From assembly GCA_964522265.1 (NCBI GenBank), contig CAZFVS010000033.1, positions 930-10,294 of the forward strand: 9,365 bases of DNA. Direction: 5' to 3'. This document shows, piece after piece, positions 6,249-9,365 of this stretch. A model generated the notes under the pieces. It did not search any database, was not told the DNA's origin, and saw only the letters and a program-made list of their open reading frames with translations. Each line of letters opens with the position of its first letter. The first letter of the stretch is position 1. Position numbers and translations under genes: made by a program. The DNA is from an uncultured Gammaproteobacteria bacterium (GTDB lineage: Bacteria > Patescibacteriota > Microgenomatia > Daviesbacterales > UBA10151).

Positions 6249-6297
6249 ATATTATCTTGCAATCTTTAATATCTAAAATAGATAATTTAATATCCTT

Positions 6298-6531
6298 ATG
6301 AGTAATAAAATATCTTTAGAGAATCTTCCTGATTTACTAACAGTCAAAGAAGTGGCTGAAGTTTTAAGAGTTTCTCCGTTAACTATTAAAAGATGGGGCA
6401 AACGGGGGAAATTGCCGGCAATCAGGATTAACTCACGCGGAGATCGGCGTTATAAAAAAGAAGCTGTCCTTTGGCTTTTGGGCATAACCCAAAAAACATC
6501 AGTTGAATCCCCCTCGTCAAACACATATTAA
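6298..6531 (+). CDS. Excisionase-family / MerR-like helix-turn-helix DNA-binding protein (HTH_17 type)
   Basis: LLTVKEVAEVLRVSPLTIKRWGKRGKLPAIRINSRGDRRYKKEAVLWLL matches the excisionase-family DNA-binding domain pattern (LT..EaA..LgVS..Ti.R....G.lPa.ri.....r......v..wl). 77 aa, stand-alone. Confidence 0.8.
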   Translation: MSNKISLENLPDLLTVKEVAEVLRVSPLTIKRWGKRGKLPAIRINSRGDRRYKKEAVLWLLGITQKTSVESPSSNTY

Positions 6532-6602
6532 GTTCATTCTGGCACTCTGGTAAGTATATTTGCCAACTGATATGGATTAGGTTGTTGCAAAGCCACAAAG
6601 GT

Positions 6603-7121
6603 CTAATGACTGGCTATTTGGGGATGGAAGCTGTAATTAGGATTTTTTTCAAAAGCAATTTCTCCTTTTTTATCTACTACATAATATGCAAATCCTTTTT
6701 TTGCCTTAACTATATCAAAATTAATATATTCATTGTCTTCTATCGCATTATCTATCACTACCAAAAAATTTTTTCCGGTGTTGACTACTGTATGACCATA
6801 GCCTGAAGGCACCTCGATCTCTACACCTGATCTTAGAGTTGCAATTCTAACTTCTTTTGCTTCACCTGCTTCATCATTTTTTTGGATTATCATTATTCCA
6901 TTACCATAAAGTGTACGGTATATTAAAACTCCGGGGAATTTATGGAAAAAACCGTATGTCTTATTAAACTCCAAACCATTTTTGCCTGAAAATAGTATTG
7001 TGAGATTTTCCTTTGTCAGCGGTGATTGAATAACAAAATAAGGTTCTTCCAAACCTTCAGCCTCAGGTTCCATCCAAACCTCTTGCAACTGTTTGCCGGT
7101 AAATTTTGTCAGCATAATCAC
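6603..7121 (-). CDS. Cupin-fold protein of the cupin-type phosphoglucose isomerase (cPGI, PF06560-like) family, with a degenerate metal motif 1
   Basis: Cupin motif 2 G-X5-P-X-G-X2-H-X3-N is intact (GVEIEVPSGYGHTVVN). SGKNGLEFNKTYGFFHKF...IYRTLYGNGIMIIQ and KKGFAYYVVDKKGEIAFEKNPNY align with archaeal cPGI as I remember it. GTG start at 7121, preceded by AAGGTG with a 9-nt spacer. Stop TAG. Confidence 0.65.
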   Translation of the reverse strand: MIMLTKFTGKQLQEVWMEPEAEGLEEPYFVIQSPLTKENLTILFSGKNGLEFNKTYGFFHKFPGVLIYRTLYGNGIMIIQKNDEAGEAKEVRIATLRSGVEIEVPSGYGHTVVNTGKNFLVVIDNAIEDNEYINFDIVKAKKGFAYYVVDKKGEIAFEKNPNYSFHPQIASH

Positions 7122-7134
7122 AGATTAACACACC

Positions 7135-7920
7135 TTATCGCTTAATAGTCAACACCCCAAAAACAAACCTAACCAGATTCCAAAAACGACTAATCCTCCA
7201 AGGCTGCATTATCAACCTGAATAACCATTCAAAACCAACGTTCCTTAAAAATTCAGGCGCTCTGGGTACTGCAGCGGACAGATAATCAAAAGCCCCTCCT
7301 ACCCCCATCATTACTTTCACGGGATATTTTTCTAAATTTTTTGCAATCCACTTTTCCTGCTTAGGAGCACCAAATGCCACAAAAAGAAGATCCATATCAG
7401 GTATTACATATCTTGATACACCTATCTCATCTCCCTCCTTGTCAATGGCCTCTCCCTCATTGCAATATGCTACTTGGAGTTTTGGATATCTCTTGATCAA
7501 GCACTCCTTTAATTTTTCTGCTACACCGCTACCCCCTCCTAAAAAACCTACTGTAATACCCCAATCGCAAGCCTCCTTTATTAACCTCTCCATCAGGTCA
7601 GTGCCGGTAACATGCTCAAAACGGGTTATGGGAGGGGATGTGGGAAATATAAAAAAAGGCCAGATTAGAAGCTTTTTCAGTAAGTTTTTTTCCTGGAGTA
7701 CATCTAATATCCAACCAAACCTTGAGCTGTCAGGAATAGCAAGGTTTGCCCTGTTTAAAACCTCTTTAAACCTTGGATCTTTTTGTGCTATCATTAAAAA
7801 TTCTATATTAGGGGTGACTATATAATGTTTGCCGCCCTGTTTAATCCACTGCTCAACCTGCCCAACAGCCTGAAATAAATTAACCCGATCAATACTGACT
7901 CCCAAAATATTTATCTTCAT
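7135..7920 (-). CDS. WecB/TagA/CpsF-family (GT26) glycosyltransferase
   Basis: MKINILGVSIDRVNLFQAV..VEQWI...K.HYIVTPNIEFLMIAQKD.RFKEVLNRANLAIPD, then LFVAFGAPKQEKWIAKN......VMMGVGGAFDYLS..V.RAP.F....G.EWLFRL..QPWR. These are hallmark blocks of the family. Confidence 0.9.
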   Translation of the reverse strand: MKINILGVSIDRVNLFQAVGQVEQWIKQGGKHYIVTPNIEFLMIAQKDPRFKEVLNRANLAIPDSSRFGWILDVLQEKNLLKKLLIWPFFIFPTSPPITRFEHVTGTDLMERLIKEACDWGITVGFLGGGSGVAEKLKECLIKRYPKLQVAYCNEGEAIDKEGDEIGVSRYVIPDMDLLFVAFGAPKQEKWIAKNLEKYPVKVMMGVGGAFDYLSAAVPRAPEFLRNVGFEWLFRLIMQPWRISRFWNLVRFVFGVLTIKR

Positions 7921-7925
7921 TAATA

Positions 7926-9053
7926 TTAATTTTTAGAAAGCTTTCTAAAAAGCTCCAATGTTTCCCCCGCACACTTCTCCCAACTAAACTGCCCTATCCT
8001 GCTAAATCCCTTTTTAATAAGAGTTTCCCTGAATTTTGCGTCCGATCCTAATCTAATCATACCATCTGCTATCTCATCAATGCGTTCAGGATCAACCAGC
8101 AGAGCTGCATCACCTGCCACCTCAGGCATGGATGAAACATTGGAGGTCAATACCGGACAACCGCAACTGAAAGCCTCAAGTATCGGCAACCCAAAACCTT
8201 CAAATAGAGATGGAAAAACCAAAGCTATTGCTCCTGAATATAAAGCAGGCAGGTCTTGATCAGGTACATGCCCCAGCAATTTCATCTTCTCTCCTAACCC
8301 CAGCTTTTTAGGCAGACTATAGATCTCATCAGACATCCAACCCTTAGAACCAACCATAATAAGTCGCAAGTCGCCAGAATCCAGTGTTACTACTTTGGCA
8401 AATGCTCTTATCAGTTTTTCCAAATTCTTCCTTGGCTGTACTGTACCCACAAATAAAAAATACTTTCCTTGTTTAAGGTCATACTTATTCAAACTATTAA
8501 CTAACACATCTGTCTTAATTGGTCTAAAGAGTTGGCTGTTTACACCTTCATAGATCACTTCTATATTATTTACTGATATATTGATCTTGTTTATCAGATC
8601 CTGCTTTGTTGCTTTTGAAACAGCGATTAATTTAGTGGCAGATTTAAGTTGGAATTTGGTAATAAAATCAAGGTATAACCTTTGTTTTAACTGATGCATT
8701 GAAGGTAGATACTGGGAGCCCAAATCATGAACAGTCATAACTGTTTTTAACCCTGGTCTCCTCAATATCGGCAGTGTGTGGGATGGTACAAATAAGACAT
8801 CCAGGTTATCCTTGAAGGTTTGTATGGCTAACCCACCTTGAGTCCAAAACCTCGACCAATTAAGTATCTGAAAAGTAAAATTCTCCGGCCAGCCTCGTAA
8901 GGGGTGAGCTTGCGTGCCTATCGACCTGAGATAGACTATATATTGATTTACATGATCTATCTTGGCAAGATGCAAAAGAAGTTGATAAGAATAATTTTCT
9001 GTGCCTGTCTTCTCTTTTGTAAAAGCCCTTGATCCGTCAAAACCTATGACCAT
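7926..9053 (-). CDS. GT4-family (glycosyl transferases group 1) glycosyltransferase
   Basis: [20 protein letters not shown]....., [73 protein letters not shown]. This is the canonical GT4 C-terminal Rossmann domain with E-X7-E. Its stop is 5 nt from the start of the next gene. Confidence 0.9.
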   Translation of the reverse strand: MVIGFDGSRAFTKEKTGTENYSYQLLLHLAKIDHVNQYIVYLRSIGTQAHPLRGWPENFTFQILNWSRFWTQGGLAIQTFKDNLDVLFVPSHTLPILRRPGLKTVMTVHDLGSQYLPSMHQLKQRLYLDFITKFQLKSATKLIAVSKATKQDLINKINISVNNIEVIYEGVNSQLFRPIKTDVLVNSLNKYDLKQGKYFLFVGTVQPRKNLEKLIRAFAKVVTLDSGDLRLIMVGSKGWMSDEIYSLPKKLGLGEKMKLLGHVPDQDLPALYSGAIALVFPSLFEGFGLPILEAFSCGCPVLTSNVSSMPEVAGDAALLVDPERIDEIADGMIRLGSDAKFRETLIKKGFSRIGQFSWEKCAGETLELFRKLSKN

Positions 9054-9061
9054 GAACTAAG

Positions 9062-9083
9062 TATAAGTCAAATTTGACTTATA
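9062..9083. promoter_or_regulatory. Perfect 22-bp palindrome, a candidate operator, 9-30 nt upstream of the GT4 start codon
   Basis: TATAAGTCAAA|TTTGACTTATA is its own reverse complement with no mismatch. It lies between repeat copy C and ATG 9053 (- strand). Confidence 0.4.
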
Positions 9084-9099
9084 AGACAAACATTTTATT

Positions 9100-9220
9100 G
9101 TTCAAACCCAACACCACAACCGTTGAGGTTGTGGATGAAGTTTTTACGAGCGAAGCGAGTACTCCGCGAAACGGAGCAACAAGAAGATACCACGGGCGTA
9201 AGCCCGTGGAAGATTCATTA
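9100..9220 (-). repeat. Four-hairpin structured intergenic element, copy C (inverted relative to copy A)
   Basis: Read on the - strand: TAATGAA, HP1 CCACGGGC-ttac-GCCCGTGG (9209-9190), TATCTTCT, HP2 CTCCG-tttcg-CGGAG (9176-9162), a degenerate HP3 ACTCGCTTCGCTCGT, HP4 CCACAACC-tcaac-GGTTGTGG (9134-9114), then TGTTGGGTTTGAA. Confidence 0.7.
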
Positions 9221-9365
9221 CTCCTTAAACCACTCTATTGTTCTTCTCAACCCTTCTTCCAGACTAACCTTAGCTTCCCAACCGGTGGCTTTTTTGAGTT
9301 TATCGCTTGAGGCAAAATTTGCGGGGATATCGCCTGCCCGCTCACCCAGATCCTGGACTTCCAGC
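9218..9365 (-). CDS. NAD-dependent epimerase/dehydratase family protein, C-terminal 48 aa only (5' end outside the window)
   Basis: The - strand frame reads LEVQDLGERAGDIPANFASSDKLKKATGWEAKVSLEEGLRRTIEWFKE*. This matches the conserved C-terminal pattern R.GD......d..K....lGW.....leeGl..t..W of GalE/RfbB-like SDR sugar epimerases/dehydratases. It is absent from the ORF track because it has no start in the window. Confidence 0.8.
   Translation of the reverse strand, partial: LEVQDLGERAGDIPANFASSDKLKKATGWEAKVSLEEGLRRTIEWFKE

Noticed and set aside
6298-6531. Excisionase-type HTH gene as evidence of a prophage or integrative element
   Set aside because: There is no integrase, att-like direct repeats, tRNA target or phage genes in the window. 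Small HTH_17 proteins are common stand-alone regulators.
6532-6602. Bidirectional intrinsic terminator between the convergent HTH and cupin genes
   Set aside because: The only pairing found is weak and bulged (TTGCCAAC / GTTGTTGCAA, 13-nt loop) with no U-tract. That is not convincing.
2769-7825. Antisense or embedded ORFs 2769-2954(-), 3572-3772(-), 3915-4208(-), 5206-5409(-), 6582-6806(+), 7439-7825(+)
   Set aside because: Each lies entirely within, and opposite to, a longer ORF with recognisable domains. Their compositions are odd (Ile/Phe/Lys-rich or Pro-rich mirror translations) and they have no motifs.
536-9220. The two inverted copies of the hairpin element as terminal inverted repeats of an ~8.7-kb composite mobile element
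   Set aside because: rplL, a core gene that belongs next to rplJ, lies inside the interval. No transposase or integrase is present and I see no flanking direct repeats. Each copy is better explained by its local sense orientation within its own operon.
9074-9310. ORF 9074-9310 (+), 78 aa with a TTG start
   Set aside because: It runs through repeat copy C and then antisense to the well-supported epimerase C-terminus. It is an artefact of the GC-rich hairpins lacking stops.

Overview
AT-rich bacterial window (my guess: a small-genome Patescibacteria/CPR-like organism, low confidence) with three blocks. (1) 1-1132: the 3' part of rplJ (L10) and a complete rplL (L7/L12), separated by an unusually long 161-nt spacer filled with four GC-rich hairpins. 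(2) 1333-6070, + strand: where rpoB/rpoC normally follow rplL there is instead a run of predicted exported proteins. These are a Tat-like-signal HExxH protein, an NPCBM carbohydrate-binding-module protein, a signal-peptide HExxHxxG metalloprotease, an 18-Cys domain in the same frame one TAA codon downstream of the protease, and a small membrane-anchored protein. A stand-alone excisionase/MerR-type HTH gene follows at 6298-6531. (3) 6603-9365, - strand: a tightly packed envelope-glycan operon of NAD-dependent epimerase/dehydratase (3' end only), GT4 glycosyltransferase, WecB/TagA/CpsF (GT26) glycosyltransferase and a cupin-type PGI-like protein. The strongest signal is non-coding. A ~115-nt four-hairpin element occurs at 536-650 (+) and 9100-9220 (-), and the stems differ by changes on both arms that keep the pairing. 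Both copies lie inside operons in the sense orientation, immediately after a stop codon. A third, diverged relative may lie at 6087-6192. Two exported-protein genes also carry single in-frame stops (TAG 2341, TAA 4934) in what otherwise reads as continuous coding sequence. No tRNA, rRNA, CRISPR array, transposase or integrase was seen.
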